A model generated the notes under the pieces. It was not told the DNA's origin, ran no database searches, and was given only the letters and a program-made list of their open reading frames with translations. Positions 10,858 through 20,713 of a stretch of 64,000 bases of DNA are shown here, one piece after another (position 1 is the stretch's first letter; every line of letters starts with the position of its first letter). The translations under genes and the position numbers were made by a program. The DNA comes from an uncultured Collinsella sp. (GTDB taxonomy: Bacteria > Actinomycetota > Coriobacteriia > Coriobacteriales > Coriobacteriaceae), in the NCBI GenBank assembly GCA_900759335.1, contig CAAEUX010000102.1, positions 78,713-142,712 on the forward strand. Reading direction: 5' to 3'.

Positions 10858-11535
10858 ATGTCGCTGCGCGGTGGAATCGGTCTGCCCGAGCTTCCTCTAG
10901 AGGACGGGCAGGAGTTTAGGCTCGGTATTATGGGTGGCACCTTTGATCCCATCCATTACGGGCACCTGGTGACCGCCGAGCAGGCGCGTGAGTCCCTCGA
11001 CTTGGACGCTGTGCTCTTTATGCCGGCGGGCTCTCCTGCCTTTAAGCTTGACAAGCCGGTGACGCCTGCCGAGGACCGTTATGCCATGACGGTCCTCGCC
11101 ACCGCTGCGAACCCGGCCTTTTTGGCGAGCCGGTTCGAGATCGACCGTCCGGGTGTAACCTATACGGCCGATACGCTTCATGCCCTTCGCGACTTTTACC
11201 CGCCGCAGGTAAAGCTCTACTTTATTACGGGCGCCGACGCGATTATCGATATCGTGACCTGGCATGATGCCGAACGAATCGCTGAGCTTGCTACCTTTAT
11301 TGCGGCGACGCGACCGGGCTTTGATATCGATACGGCGCGTGCCCGAATCAAAGAGTCGGGGCTGCCGTTCGACGTGCGCTATATTCAGATTCCGGCGCTG
11401 GCGATCAGCTCGACGAACATTCGTAAGCGAGTTGCCCGCGGTATGAGCGTGCGCTATCTTACGAGCGAGTCCGTGCTCGGCTACATTCGCAAACGCAGGC
11501 TATATGCCGATTTGGGCCAAGAAGATTTTGAGTGA
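10858..11535 (+). CDS. nadD: Nicotinate-nucleotide adenylyltransferase
   Basis: GGTFDPIHYGHL (HxGH) nucleotidyltransferase motif. Synteny obg-nadD-yqeK-rsfS. Confidence 0.9.
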   Translation: MSLRGGIGLPELPLEDGQEFRLGIMGGTFDPIHYGHLVTAEQARESLDLDAVLFMPAGSPAFKLDKPVTPAEDRYAMTVLATAANPAFLASRFEIDRPGVTYTADTLHALRDFYPPQVKLYFITGADAIIDIVTWHDAERIAELATFIAATRPGFDIDTARARIKESGLPFDVRYIQIPALAISSTNIRKRVARGMSVRYLTSESVLGYIRKRRLYADLGQEDFE

Positions 11536-11547
11536 TGGGGGTCTACG

Positions 11548-12156
11548 TTGTCGGTAGAGGATCAGTTTGAGGGCGATGAGCGCGCGCTGCTCAAGCGCAT
11601 TCAAGAGCTGCTCGATGTTCGCATGAAGGATAAGCGCAAGCGCTATGTGCATTCGCTGAGCGTTGCCGAGACCGCACTTCATCTGGCCGAGGTCTACGGC
11701 GTCGACCGCTTTGATGCCGCTGCCGCCGGCTTGATCCACGACTGGGACAAGGTGCTTTCCGATGACGAGCTGGTCACGCGCGCTCTGCATTACGGCATTA
11801 AGATTGCCGGCTCTCCTTCTGCCGCGACGCCGCTTTTGCATGGCCCTGTTGCCGCCTATGAGCTTCCGCAGCTTTTTCCCGAGCTGTCGCCGGCCGTTTT
11901 CCAGGCTGTCGACCGTCACACCGTGGGTGCCTGCGACATGACGCCGCTCGATATGGTGGTCTTTGTGGCCGATGCCATCGAGCCCAACCGCCACGGCGAC
12001 TATGCACATGCGCTGCGCAAGATGGTGGGGGAGTCGACGCTCGACGAGTTGTTCTTCTCCTGTTTTGCGCAGGGTTTGGTCTATGTGATTCAGTCCGGGC
12101 GCTATCTTTATCCCACGGCTATTTCGATTTACAACCATTACGCCCAGCTGCGCTAG
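11548..12156 (+). CDS. yqeK: HD-domain bis(5'-nucleosyl)-tetraphosphatase, YqeK family
   Basis: HD-domain residues (H...HD...D). Conserved position after nadD. Confidence 0.75.
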   Translation: MSVEDQFEGDERALLKRIQELLDVRMKDKRKRYVHSLSVAETALHLAEVYGVDRFDAAAAGLIHDWDKVLSDDELVTRALHYGIKIAGSPSAATPLLHGPVAAYELPQLFPELSPAVFQAVDRHTVGACDMTPLDMVVFVADAIEPNRHGDYAHALRKMVGESTLDELFFSCFAQGLVYVIQSGRYLYPTAISIYNHYAQLR

Positions 12157-12183
12157 CTCGGGCTGTCTAGAAAGAGGTATTCC

Positions 12184-12624
12184 ATGGCCGACGAGCAGAT
12201 TCTTGAAGGTGTGGAGCACAAGAGCTTCGTCGCCACGTCCGACCGCACCGCCGCCTCGCTGTCCGCGAGCGGTGTCGCCGCCGAGGATGTCGCCCGCGCC
12301 GCCGCGCAGGCCGCCTACGACAAGAAGGGTGAGGACGTTCAGGTGCTCGACCTGACCGAGCTTTCCGATGTGTGCGACTACTTTGTGCTTGCCACCGGTG
12401 CCAACAACCGCCAGGTCGATTCAATTGTCGACGAGATCGAGGAGAAGGTCGCCGAGGCTTGCGGCGAGCATCCGTTCTCCATCGAGGGCCGCGAGCAGAA
12501 GACCTGGATGCTCATGGACTACGGTTCGGTTGTCGTCCACGTCTTCACTCCCGAAGCCCGCGACTTCTACCGTCTCGAAAAGCTCTGGGGTGACGCTCCC
12601 CAGCTCCCCCTCAACCTCCTCTAG
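12184..12624 (+). CDS. rsfS: Ribosomal silencing factor RsfS (Iojap)
   Basis: QVLDLTELSDVCDYFVLATGANNRQV...VVVHVFTPEARDFYRLEKLW is the canonical RsfS core. Confidence 0.9.
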   Translation: MADEQILEGVEHKSFVATSDRTAASLSASGVAAEDVARAAAQAAYDKKGEDVQVLDLTELSDVCDYFVLATGANNRQVDSIVDEIEEKVAEACGEHPFSIEGREQKTWMLMDYGSVVVHVFTPEARDFYRLEKLWGDAPQLPLNLL

Positions 12625-12654
12625 TAGCTCATTTGAGACGGGGTTTAGCTACCC
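12624..12654 (+). repeat. Copy 1 of a ~31-35 bp palindromic intergenic repeat (GTAGCTNATTTGNGACGGGGTTT(TT)AGCTACCC). It starts inside the rsfS TAG stop codon.
   Basis: GTAGCTCATTTGAGACGGGGTTTAGCTACCC has GTAGCT...AGCTAC arms. Near-identical copies sit at 20644-20677 and, inverted, at 20714-20749. Confidence 0.6.
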
Positions 12655-12665
12655 TCACGCATATC

Positions 12666-12708
12666 GCCGGGCAGGTGCGGTTTTCCGCACCTGCCCGGCT
12701 TTCTTTTT
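12666..12708. terminator. Rho-independent, likely bidirectional terminator between convergent rsfS and dinB
   Basis: Perfect 15-bp stem GCCGGGCAGGTGCGG / CCGCACCTGCCCGGC with a TTTT loop, followed by TTTCTTTTT. The loop and A/T flank would also work on the minus strand for dinB. Confidence 0.85.
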
Positions 12709-12720
12709 GCCCAAAGGCGG

Positions 12721-13935
12721 TTAATCGTTGAAGCGGGATTGGCGGCCGAAGGAAAGGGCGGTGTCGCCGAATTTGTCTCGGACGGCGTCGATGGCGACGG
12801 AGAGGTCGCGGCGGTCGCTGGATTGGGCTCCGCGGTCATCGATCTCGCAGAACAGGTCAGTCTGGATGCCGCCTTGGTGGTCGAAGTCGCTCATGCCGAT
12901 GCCCGCTAAGCGAACATGCATGCCATCCTGCCAGATGTTGTCGAGCAGTTCGAGTGCAACCGCCACGAAGATGTTCTCATCGTCGGTCGGATGAGGCAGC
13001 CGGCGCTGTGCCGTACGCCCGCTGCCATACGAATACTTAAGCTTGAGCGTTACCGTGGCACCCGTCAGCCCCTGACGGCGCAGGCGGCGTCCCACTGACT
13101 CTCCCAACAGCGCAATCGCCGCCTCAATATCCCCACGCTCAGTTAAATCTTTAGCAAAGGTGCGTTCATTGCTGACCGACTTGACCTCGCGCTCTTCATT
13201 GAGGCTCGTGACTTCGGAGATTTCGAGTCCCAGCGCACGCTGGCGCATGCGTTCGCCGTTGACGCCAAAAATAGAGGCCAAGGTGGATTCCGGTGCACGT
13301 GATAGCTCGCCGAGGGTGTAGATGCGCATGCGGCGCAGTCGCTCCTCGGCCGAGCGCCCGATGCCGCTCATGGCAGATACCGGCAGCGCGGCCAAAAAGC
13401 GCTGCTCGGTTCCGGGGCGCACGATGGTCAGCCCAAACGGCTTATCCCGCTCGCTTGCGATCTTTGCGACCGTCTTGTTGCAGCCCACGCCAATGGAACA
13501 GGTCACTCCCAGCCCTGCCACGCGGTCGCTTATACGCTGCGCAACCAGCAGCGGGTCTTCGGGCGCAAAGCGACCCGGTGTGATATCGATAAAGGCTTCG
13601 TCGATGGATACGCGCTCCACGCGCGGCGTCTCCTCGGCAAGAATCGCCATGACCTGCGCGCTGACCTCACGATAGCGATCAAAATGCCCATGCGTCCAAA
13701 TGGCTTGCGGGCACAAGCGCCGCGCCTCGGCCGAGGCCATGGCAGAGTGCACGCCAAAGCGACGTGCCTCATATGAACACGTGGACACGACGCCACGCGA
13801 ATCGGCGTCTCCGCCCACGATGAGCGGTTTTCCGCGCCATTCGGGATGATCGAGCATTTCCACGCTCGCAAAAAACGCATCAAGGTCCATCAGGCCCACC
13901 GCCGGACCCGTCCAGGGAGGCGGCGTGACGCCCAT
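12721..13935 (-). CDS. dinB: DNA polymerase IV (Y-family translesion polymerase). An in-frame start 39 nt further upstream, at 13974, is the alternative.
   Basis: MDLDAFFASVE...GVVSTCSYEARRFGV...SIDEAFIDIT are Y-family catalytic motifs. The ATG at 13935 is preceded by GAGGA; the ATG at 13974 has no SD. Confidence 0.85.
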   Translation of the reverse strand: MGVTPPPWTGPAVGLMDLDAFFASVEMLDHPEWRGKPLIVGGDADSRGVVSTCSYEARRFGVHSAMASAEARRLCPQAIWTHGHFDRYREVSAQVMAILAEETPRVERVSIDEAFIDITPGRFAPEDPLLVAQRISDRVAGLGVTCSIGVGCNKTVAKIASERDKPFGLTIVRPGTEQRFLAALPVSAMSGIGRSAEERLRRMRIYTLGELSRAPESTLASIFGVNGERMRQRALGLEISEVTSLNEEREVKSVSNERTFAKDLTERGDIEAAIALLGESVGRRLRRQGLTGATVTLKLKYSYGSGRTAQRRLPHPTDDENIFVAVALELLDNIWQDGMHVRLAGIGMSDFDHQGGIQTDLFCEIDDRGAQSSDRRDLSVAIDAVRDKFGDTALSFGRQSRFND

Positions 13936-14090
13936 GGCATCCTCATAACCGTATGTATGTTCGCGTCTTTCCATGTCATGAGTATACCGCGCAGCTCATG
14001 TGGGGTGCGTGTATGTGCTTGCAAATCCCGAATTCTTGTCTAAGATATGGATTTGCCCTCGACTACACCGAAGAAGTTGGTCTCACGGAC

Positions 14091-14119
14091 TTCACCTGCC
14101 CGCGTCGATGGCGTATTAT
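14091..14119 (+). promoter_or_regulatory. Sigma-70-like promoter for rpsP / KH / rimM / trmD / lepB: TTCACC, 17 nt, TATTAT.
   Basis: TTCACC at 14091-14096 and TATTAT at 14114-14119, about 55 nt upstream of the rpsP start. Confidence 0.5.
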
Positions 14120-14175
14120 GTTCAACTGTTTGTTTGTAGTTGCAGCCTAAAGCTGCTTGGTTGGAGGAGTTTCCT

Positions 14176-14517
14176 TTGGCAGTCAAGATTCGCCTTGCTC
14201 GTCACGGCGCTAAGAAGCGTCCGTACTACCGTGTCGTCGTCGCCGATTCCCGCGCCCCGCGTGACGGTCGTATCATCGAGGAGGTTGGCCGCTACAACCC
14301 GATGACCGCCCCCAAGACCATCAACCTCGACCTCGAGAAGATCGCCGACTGGCAGTCCAAGGGCGCTCAGCTCACCGACGCCGTCGTCGCTCTGGTCAAG
14401 GCCGCCAACGAGGGCGAGAAGACCGAGACCGTCGTCAAGAAGTCCAAGAAGCAGCTCGCCAAAGAGGCCGAGGCCGCTAAGGCTGCCGCTGAGGCCGCTG
14501 AGGGCGCCGAGGAGTAA
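14176..14517 (+). CDS. rpsP: 30S ribosomal protein S16, with a Lys/Ala/Glu-rich C-terminal extension
   Basis: TTG at 14176 gives [26 protein letters not shown]..., the canonical S16 N-terminus. GGAGGA sits 8 nt upstream. The track ORF at 14140 adds 12 unlikely residues. Confidence 0.9.
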   Translation: MAVKIRLARHGAKKRPYYRVVVADSRAPRDGRIIEEVGRYNPMTAPKTINLDLEKIADWQSKGAQLTDAVVALVKAANEGEKTETVVKKSKKQLAKEAEAAKAAAEAAEGAEE

Positions 14518-14559
14518 ATCGTGCCTGAGGTTGACGCTGCACAGCTCGAGGGTGAGGCA

Positions 14560-14805
14560 ATGCTCTCAGATCGCATCGCCGATCTCGTCGAATATCTCGT
14601 TGTTCAGATCGTCGACGACCCGGATTCCGTGAGCCTTGAGGTCATCGATGGTGACGACGCCTCTACGATTGAGGTTTCGGTCGCCGAGGATGACGTCGCT
14701 AAGGTCATCGGCCGTCGTGGCCGTACCATCAAGGCCATTCGCACGCTCGCCCGTGCACTGGCCGCTCGCCTCGACACTGCTGTCGAGGTAGAGGTTCTGG
14801 GCTAG
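14560..14805 (+). CDS. KH-domain RNA-binding protein (UPF0109/YlqC-like). The alternative start is GTG at 14521.
   Basis: VIGRRGRTIKAIRTLARA... contains the KH GxxG loop. Conserved position between rpsP and rimM. Confidence 0.7.
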   Translation: MLSDRIADLVEYLVVQIVDDPDSVSLEVIDGDDASTIEVSVAEDDVAKVIGRRGRTIKAIRTLARALAARLDTAVEVEVLG

Positions 14806-14809
14806 GACC

Positions 14810-15331
14810 TTGAGGTCCCAGTACAAAAACATCGCCCGTGTTGTCAAGCCGCACGGAAGGAAGGGGGAGGTCCTCGCGCAGCCGCTGCGGGGGCTTCCTT
14901 CTGTATTAGAGCCGGGTATGCGCGTCGCCCTGACGCCGCCGGCGCTCAAGCGCGACCGCTTTTGCACGGTCGTGTCCGTCACCGATACGGGCGATGGCGA
15001 TCTGGTCTCGTTTGAGGGCATTGACGACTTGACGGCCGCCGAGGGCATCACGGGATGCTACGTGCTGGCAAATCGTGACGACTTTGAGCTCGATTCGCTC
15101 GACGCTGCCTATACCGACCTGATGGGTCGCGAGGTGGTCGACGAGCGCTTCGGTTCGCTCGGCACGATCGTCGAGATCATGTCGACGCCCGCTAACGATG
15201 TTTGGGTTGTTGAGGGCGATCGGTACGGCGAGGTACTGATTCCCGTGATCGAGCAGGTCGTGCTCGATCTTCCCGACACAGGAACAATTTCCGTCCACGT
15301 TATGGACGGCCTGATCGATATGGACAAGTAG
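14810..15331 (+). CDS. rimM: Ribosome maturation factor RimM
   Basis: N-terminal VGRVVKPHGRKGEV-type motif (ARVVKPHGRKGEVLAQPL) and PRC-barrel C-terminal domain. Synteny rpsP-KH-rimM-trmD. Confidence 0.85.
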   Translation: MRSQYKNIARVVKPHGRKGEVLAQPLRGLPSVLEPGMRVALTPPALKRDRFCTVVSVTDTGDGDLVSFEGIDDLTAAEGITGCYVLANRDDFELDSLDAAYTDLMGREVVDERFGSLGTIVEIMSTPANDVWVVEGDRYGEVLIPVIEQVVLDLPDTGTISVHVMDGLIDMDK

Positions 15332-15341
15332 GGAGGACAAC

Positions 15342-16100
15342 ATGCTGATCGAGACCCTTTCGGTCTTTCCCGAGATGTTTGAGCCCGTCATGTCCACATC
15401 GATCTTGGGCCGCGCCCGCAAGGCCGGCCTTTTTGATTTTAAGGCGTATAACCTGCGCGACTGGACGCACGACCGCCATCGTACCGTCGATGACGAGCCT
15501 TACGGCGGCGGGCAGGGCATGCTCATGAAGGTCGAGCCTATTGCCGAGGCCATCGAGGCCATCAGCTCCGAGGGTCCCAAGCCCACCGTAGTGTTCTTCA
15601 CCCCCTGTGGCGAGCCCTTTACGCAACATGTGGCCGAGCGCCTGCTCAAAAGTGAGCGCCTGCTGTTTGTGTGCAGCCGCTACGAGGGCGTCGACGAGCG
15701 TGCGTATGCGTATGCCGATGAGCGTCTGTCGATCGGCGACTACGTGCTTACGGGTGGCGAACTTCCCGCTATGGTCGTTGCCGATGCCGTCGTACGCCTG
15801 ATTCCCGGCGCCCTGGGCGACGAGATGAGCAATGTGGACGAGTCGTTCTCGACCGCCGAGGACGGAGGCCTGCTCGAGTACGCGCAGTACACCCGTCCCG
15901 CCGAGTTCAACGGCGAGGGCGTGCCGCCGGTGCTCGTGAGTGGCGATCACGCCAAGGTCGATGCCTGGCGTCGCAAGAACGCCATCGAGCGCACCTGCCG
16001 CTGGCGTCCCGATCTGATCGAGACGGCGCGCCTTACGCCCCAGGAGCGTGCGTACGCGCAGGAGATTTTGGACGCTTCGTATTCGCAGAGCGAGGAGTGA
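15342..16100 (+). CDS. trmD: tRNA (guanine37-N1)-methyltransferase
   Basis: SPOUT-knot TrmD motifs (TLSVFPEMFEPV..., YEGVDERA, GDYVLTGGELPAMVV). Confidence 0.95.
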   Translation: MLIETLSVFPEMFEPVMSTSILGRARKAGLFDFKAYNLRDWTHDRHRTVDDEPYGGGQGMLMKVEPIAEAIEAISSEGPKPTVVFFTPCGEPFTQHVAERLLKSERLLFVCSRYEGVDERAYAYADERLSIGDYVLTGGELPAMVVADAVVRLIPGALGDEMSNVDESFSTAEDGGLLEYAQYTRPAEFNGEGVPPVLVSGDHAKVDAWRRKNAIERTCRWRPDLIETARLTPQERAYAQEILDASYSQSEE

Positions 16101-16666
16101 GAATGGTTCCATCGCAGCATTCCGCGTTGAGGGGCGCTTTTGAGTGGATCGCGGTCATCGCGATCGCATTGGTCGCCACCTTCTTGATTCGCTCGTTTGT
16201 GGTCGAGCCCTTTGTGGTGCCCACCGGCTCCATGGAGTCCACGATCGAGATTGGCGACCAGATCCTGGCACAAAAGGTGAGCCTCGAGCTCGGTCAGCCC
16301 GTCAAGCAGGGCGATATCGTGGTGTTTCACAACCCCGATGGCACCTCCGAGCATGATGTTCTTGTCAAGCGTGTTATTGCCACGGCCGGCCAGACGGTCG
16401 ACCTGCAGGATGGCAAGGTGGTCGTTGACGGCCAAGCGCTCGATGAGGACTATACGACGGGCATGAGCTGGCCACTTTCGGTCCAAGCACCCGGTGCTCA
16501 GGTAAGCTATCCCTACACCGTTCCCGACGGGTGCGTGTGGGTGATGGGCGACAACCGCGAAAACTCTGCCGACTCACGCTACTTTGGTCCCGTCGATCGC
16601 TCTGATTTGATCGCTGTGGCGCTTGTGCGCTACTGGCCGCTCAACCGCATCGGCGCTATCGACTAA
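16097..16666 (+). CDS. lepB: Signal peptidase I
   Basis: Catalytic Ser box (GSMESTI), Lys box (VKRVIATAGQ), GDNRENSADSRYFGPV box. ATGA overlap with trmD. Confidence 0.9.
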   Translation: MRMVPSQHSALRGAFEWIAVIAIALVATFLIRSFVVEPFVVPTGSMESTIEIGDQILAQKVSLELGQPVKQGDIVVFHNPDGTSEHDVLVKRVIATAGQTVDLQDGKVVVDGQALDEDYTTGMSWPLSVQAPGAQVSYPYTVPDGCVWVMGDNRENSADSRYFGPVDRSDLIAVALVRYWPLNRIGAID

Positions 16667-16725
16667 AAACCGCTATAGTACAGTACCTAACCGTGTAATC
16701 GTTTCGACGAGGGGATATTAGAGGC

Positions 16726-17637
16726 ATGAACGCTTCATCGCTTTCCTTCCAAGACATCATCCTGCGCCTCCAGCAGTACTGGGGCGAGCAGGGCTGCGTC
16801 ATTATGCAGCCCTATGACTCCGAGGTCGGTGCCGGTACCTTCCATACCGCGACCACGCTGCGCTCGCTCGGTCCCGCCGAGTGGCGCACCTGCTATGCGC
16901 AGCCCTGCCGCCGTCCCGCCGACGGCCGCTACGGCGAGAACCCCAACCGCATGCAGCACTACTATCAGTTCCAGGTGCTCATCAAGCCCTCTCCGGTCAA
17001 CGCCCAGGAGCTTTACCTGGGGTCTCTTGCCGCCATTGGCCTGGATCCCAACGACCATGACGTCCGCTTTGTCGAGGACGACTGGGAGAGCCCGACCCTT
17101 GGCGCCTGGGGCCTTGGCTGGGAGGTCTGGCTCAATGGCATGGAGGTCACGCAGTTTACGTACTTCCAACAGGTGGGCGGTATCGAGGTCGACCCCGTGC
17201 CCGTCGAGATCACCTATGGTCTGGAGCGCATTGCCATGTACGCCCAGGGCGTCAACTCCGTCTACGACCTGGTGTGGAGCTATCTACCCGACGGCACGCC
17301 CATGACCTACGGCGACGTTTTCTTGGAGAACGAGCGCGAGTTCAGTGCCTATAACTTTGAGGTCGCCAACGTCGAGATGATGCGTCAGAAGTTTGACGAC
17401 TTCGAGGCCGAGTGCCATTCCTGCCTGGAGCGAAAGCTGCCGCTGCCGGCGTACGACTGTGTCATGAAGTGCAGCCACGCTTTCAACCTGCTCGATGCCC
17501 GCGGCGCGCTGTCCGCGGTCGAGCGTGCCAACTACATCCTGCGCGTCCGCGCCGTCGCCAAGGCGTGCTGCGAGGCCTACATGGCCGAGGTCGCCGGAGT
17601 CAACGAGAATGCCGACCAGGAAGGCGAGGTGGCGTAA
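16726..17637 (+). CDS. glyQ: Glycine--tRNA ligase alpha subunit
   Basis: [25 protein letters not shown]... is the canonical GlyQ N-terminus. Confidence 0.95.
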   Translation: MNASSLSFQDIILRLQQYWGEQGCVIMQPYDSEVGAGTFHTATTLRSLGPAEWRTCYAQPCRRPADGRYGENPNRMQHYYQFQVLIKPSPVNAQELYLGSLAAIGLDPNDHDVRFVEDDWESPTLGAWGLGWEVWLNGMEVTQFTYFQQVGGIEVDPVPVEITYGLERIAMYAQGVNSVYDLVWSYLPDGTPMTYGDVFLENEREFSAYNFEVANVEMMRQKFDDFEAECHSCLERKLPLPAYDCVMKCSHAFNLLDARGALSAVERANYILRVRAVAKACCEAYMAEVAGVNENADQEGEVA

Positions 17638-17640
17638 GCC

Positions 17641-19737
17641 ATGGCAGACGCTAAGGATTTCCTGTTTGAGATCGGTACGGAGGAAATGCCCTCCGCACCG
17701 TTGAACAATGCCGTCAAGCAGCTTGGCACCATGATCGCCAAGGGCCTCGACGAGGCTGGTCTGGCCCATGGGGAGGTCCGCGTGATCTCGAGCCCGCGTC
17801 GTCTGGCTGCGCTCGTGGCCGACGTCGCCACTGCGACCGATGAGGTCCATGAGGTCAAGCGTGGCCCCGCGGCCAACATTGCCTTCGACGCTGACGGTAA
17901 CGCCACCAAGGCCGCCCAGGGCTTCGCCCGCAAGTGCGGTGTGGCTGCCGAGGATCTGGTCCGTCGCGAGGACACCGACGGCCGTGAGTACGTCTTTGCC
18001 GAGAAGAACATCCCTTCCGCCCCGGCCACCCCGATCCTGACGGCCCTGTGCGAGAAGACTATCGCTGGCCTGCAGTGGCCCAACTACCGCTCTCAGCGCT
18101 GGGGTCACGAGCATGCGACCTTTGTTCGTCCGGTCCGCTGGATCTGCTGCCTTTTGGGCGAGGATGTCGTGCCCGTGTCGTTTGCCGACGTGACGAGTGG
18201 CAACACCACGCGTGGTCATCGCGTGCTTGGCCCCGGTGACCATGTGGTCGCCAGCCCCGCCGTCTACGAGCAGGTGCTCGAGGACGCCGGCGTGCTTTCT
18301 GCCGAGCGCCGTCGCGAGGTCATCCTTGCCGGTATCGCCGAGGTCGAGGCTGCCCGTCCCGGCTGCCATGTCGATACGCCCAAGAAGGTCTTTGAGGAGG
18401 TCATCAACCTCTGCGAGTGGCCGACGGTGCTCGTCGGTACCTTCGATGAGGAGTTCCTCAAGGTCCCTCACGAGATCATCTGCGAGTCCATGCTCACCAA
18501 CCAGCGCTACTTCCCGATCTATGACGGCGAGGGCAAGCTCACGCGTGAGTTCGTGGTCGTCTCCAACAGCAAGCCCGAGAACGCCGAGCGCGTGATCGAC
18601 GGCAACGAGCGCGTTGTGCGTGCCCGTCTGGACGATGCCAAGTTCTTCTACGAGGAGGACCTGAAGATCTCCCTCGACGAGTTCCGCGAGCGTCTGGCCA
18701 AGGTCGCCTTCCAGGAGAAGCTCGGTAGCGTGCTCGCCAAGTCCGAGCGCATTGAGCAACTCGCGCTTGCCATCGCTCGCGAGGCCCATCTGGGCGCCCA
18801 CCTGGCCGCCGATGCCGCTCGCGCCGCGCACCTGTGCAAGGCCGACTTGGTATCCAACGCCGTCGTCGAGTTCACGAGCCAGCAGGGCGTGATGGGCGGT
18901 TACTACGCCACCGCGATGGGGGAGAACGACGAGGTCGCCCACGCCATTCGCGATCATTATCGTCCCCGCTTTGCCGGTGACGAGCTGCCCGAGGGCACCG
19001 CTGGCTGCATCGTGGCCTGCGCCGACAAGCTCGATACCATCGCCGGTATCTTTGCCATTGGCGAGCCCCCGACCGGCTCCTCCGACCCCTACGCGCTGCG
19101 TCGTGCCGCTATCGGCATCATCAACATCCTGCGCGACCGTCTGCCGATCGACCCCACATCGCTCATCGACTTCGCCCTCGAGCTCTATAGCGAGCAGGGC
19201 ATTGAGTTCGACGCCGCCGAGGTCGCCCAGCAGGTTCGCGACTTCTTCCATGGCCGCCTGGTGAGCATGGCCCGCGACGAAAAGATCCCGGCCGATACCG
19301 TTGCCGCCGTCTCTGCGGTGCACATCATCGCCCCGTCCGTCTTCTTCGCCCGCTGCGCCGCCCTCGACGAGGCCCGCAAAAACGATGCCGAGACCTTTGA
19401 CAACCTGGCTACGGCCTATGCCCGTGCCGCGCATATCTCCAAGCCCGAGCTGGGCGCGGAGTACGACCGCAGCCTGATGGGCGAGGCCGAGCTCGCGCTT
19501 GCCGATGCTTCCGAGGCTGCTCAGACTGCTGTCGATGCCGCCCTTGCTGCCGAGGACTACCCGGCCGCATTTGCCGCCCTCGCCGCCCTGCGCGCGCCCA
19601 TCGACCGTTTCTTCGATGAGGTCATGGTCATGGACAAGGACGAGCAGCTCCGCGATAATCGCCTTAAGCTGCTCAACCGCTTCGAGGCCGTTTTCTCCGG
19701 CATCGCAAACATCGGTGAGCTTGCTCGCAAAAAGTAA
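17641..19737 (+). CDS. glyS: Glycine--tRNA ligase beta subunit
   Basis: 698 aa immediately after glyQ. N-terminal MxxKDFLFEIGTEEMP and anticodon-binding C-terminal domain. Confidence 0.95.
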   Translation: MADAKDFLFEIGTEEMPSAPLNNAVKQLGTMIAKGLDEAGLAHGEVRVISSPRRLAALVADVATATDEVHEVKRGPAANIAFDADGNATKAAQGFARKCGVAAEDLVRREDTDGREYVFAEKNIPSAPATPILTALCEKTIAGLQWPNYRSQRWGHEHATFVRPVRWICCLLGEDVVPVSFADVTSGNTTRGHRVLGPGDHVVASPAVYEQVLEDAGVLSAERRREVILAGIAEVEAARPGCHVDTPKKVFEEVINLCEWPTVLVGTFDEEFLKVPHEIICESMLTNQRYFPIYDGEGKLTREFVVVSNSKPENAERVIDGNERVVRARLDDAKFFYEEDLKISLDEFRERLAKVAFQEKLGSVLAKSERIEQLALAIAREAHLGAHLAADAARAAHLCKADLVSNAVVEFTSQQGVMGGYYATAMGENDEVAHAIRDHYRPRFAGDELPEGTAGCIVACADKLDTIAGIFAIGEPPTGSSDPYALRRAAIGIINILRDRLPIDPTSLIDFALELYSEQGIEFDAAEVAQQVRDFFHGRLVSMARDEKIPADTVAAVSAVHIIAPSVFFARCAALDEARKNDAETFDNLATAYARAAHISKPELGAEYDRSLMGEAELALADASEAAQTAVDAALAAEDYPAAFAALAALRAPIDRFFDEVMVMDKDEQLRDNRLKLLNRFEAVFSGIANIGELARKK

Positions 19738-19771
19738 GCTAGCCTGCGCATAAGCGCAAAAGGAGCCCCGC

Positions 19772-20647
19772 ATGGATTGCCCGGTCACCGCTCGTCCCAC
19801 CGTTATCGTTATCTCCGACTCGCTCGGCGATACCGCTTGTGAGGTGGTGCTTGCGGCGTCCGGGCAATTTGATGAAGGGGCTTTTCGCGTTTTACGTCTG
19901 CCCAAGGTGACTTCCGTGGAGCAGGTCAAGTCGTTTGTGGGTCCGCGCGTCGATGCCGATCATCGCGATATTGCCGTGTTCCACACCATTGTCGATCCGG
20001 CGCTTCGCGCCCGTGTGCTCGATTACCTGGGCATGCTGCATATCCGTTCGGTCGACCTGATCGGCCCGACGCTCGCCGTGCTGTCGTCGCTCATCGGTGT
20101 GCCGCCCAAGGGCGTTGCGGGCGTGATTCACAAGACCGATGACCGCTATTTCCATCGTATCGAGGCCATGGAGTATTTCGTTGGGCACGATGACGGGCGC
20201 GGCTGCGACGATCTGTCGGGTGCCGATATCGTGCTGCTGGGCGTATCGCGCACGTCCAAGACGCCGCTGTCGATGTATTTGGCCTATCAGGGCTACAAGG
20301 TCGCCAATGTCCCACTGGCGCATGGCATGGAGCCGCCCAAGTCGATTTACGAGGTCGACCCGATGCGCCTGTTCGGCCTGATTTCGACCGTCGATGTGAT
20401 TTCCGAAATTCGCGATAGCCGCTTGGGCGATGACTACGCTCGTGCCGTTGCCGGCTCCTATGCCGAGCCCGAGAGCGTGCACAGCGAGCTCGAGGAAGCT
20501 CGCGCCCTCATGAAGCGTCTAGGCTGCTTTGTGGTGCGTACCGACGGCAAGGCCATCGAGGAAAGCGCCTCCGAGATCATTAGCCACTTGGAGGAAATCC
20601 AAGAAGTCCGTGCCCGCCGCGCCGCCCGTCGAGCCCAGCAAAAGTAG
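19772..20647 (+). CDS. Pyruvate, phosphate dikinase regulatory protein (bifunctional kinase/pyrophosphorylase, DUF299)
   Basis: P-loop-like GVSRTSKTPLSMYLAYQGYKVANVPL is characteristic of PDRP/PpsR. Sits directly upstream of ppdK. Confidence 0.85.
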   Translation: MDCPVTARPTVIVISDSLGDTACEVVLAASGQFDEGAFRVLRLPKVTSVEQVKSFVGPRVDADHRDIAVFHTIVDPALRARVLDYLGMLHIRSVDLIGPTLAVLSSLIGVPPKGVAGVIHKTDDRYFHRIEAMEYFVGHDDGRGCDDLSGADIVLLGVSRTSKTPLSMYLAYQGYKVANVPLAHGMEPPKSIYEVDPMRLFGLISTVDVISEIRDSRLGDDYARAVAGSYAEPESVHSELEEARALMKRLGCFVVRTDGKAIEESASEIISHLEEIQEVRARRAARRAQQK

Positions 20648-20677
20648 CTAATTTGGGACGGGGTTTTTAGCTACCCC
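20644..20677 (+). repeat. Copy 2 of the palindromic intergenic repeat; it overlaps the TAG stop of the PDRP gene.
   Basis: GTAGCTAATTTGGGACGGGGTTTTTAGCTACCCC. Same element as 12624-12654. Confidence 0.6.
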
Positions 20678-20713
20678 GGCTGAAGTCGCGACCATTTTGG
20701 TCGATTGCCTGCG

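Noticed and set aside
12167-12424. Arg-rich 85-aa minus-strand ORF inside rsfS
   Set aside because: Antisense GC artefact (poly-Arg from CGN-rich antisense codons).
17284-19929. 881-aa minus-strand ORF antisense to glyS
   Set aside because: Mirror-frame artefact of high GC and codon bias. Low-complexity G/A/L/D-rich translation with no motifs. The sense strand encodes a clearly recognisable GlyS.
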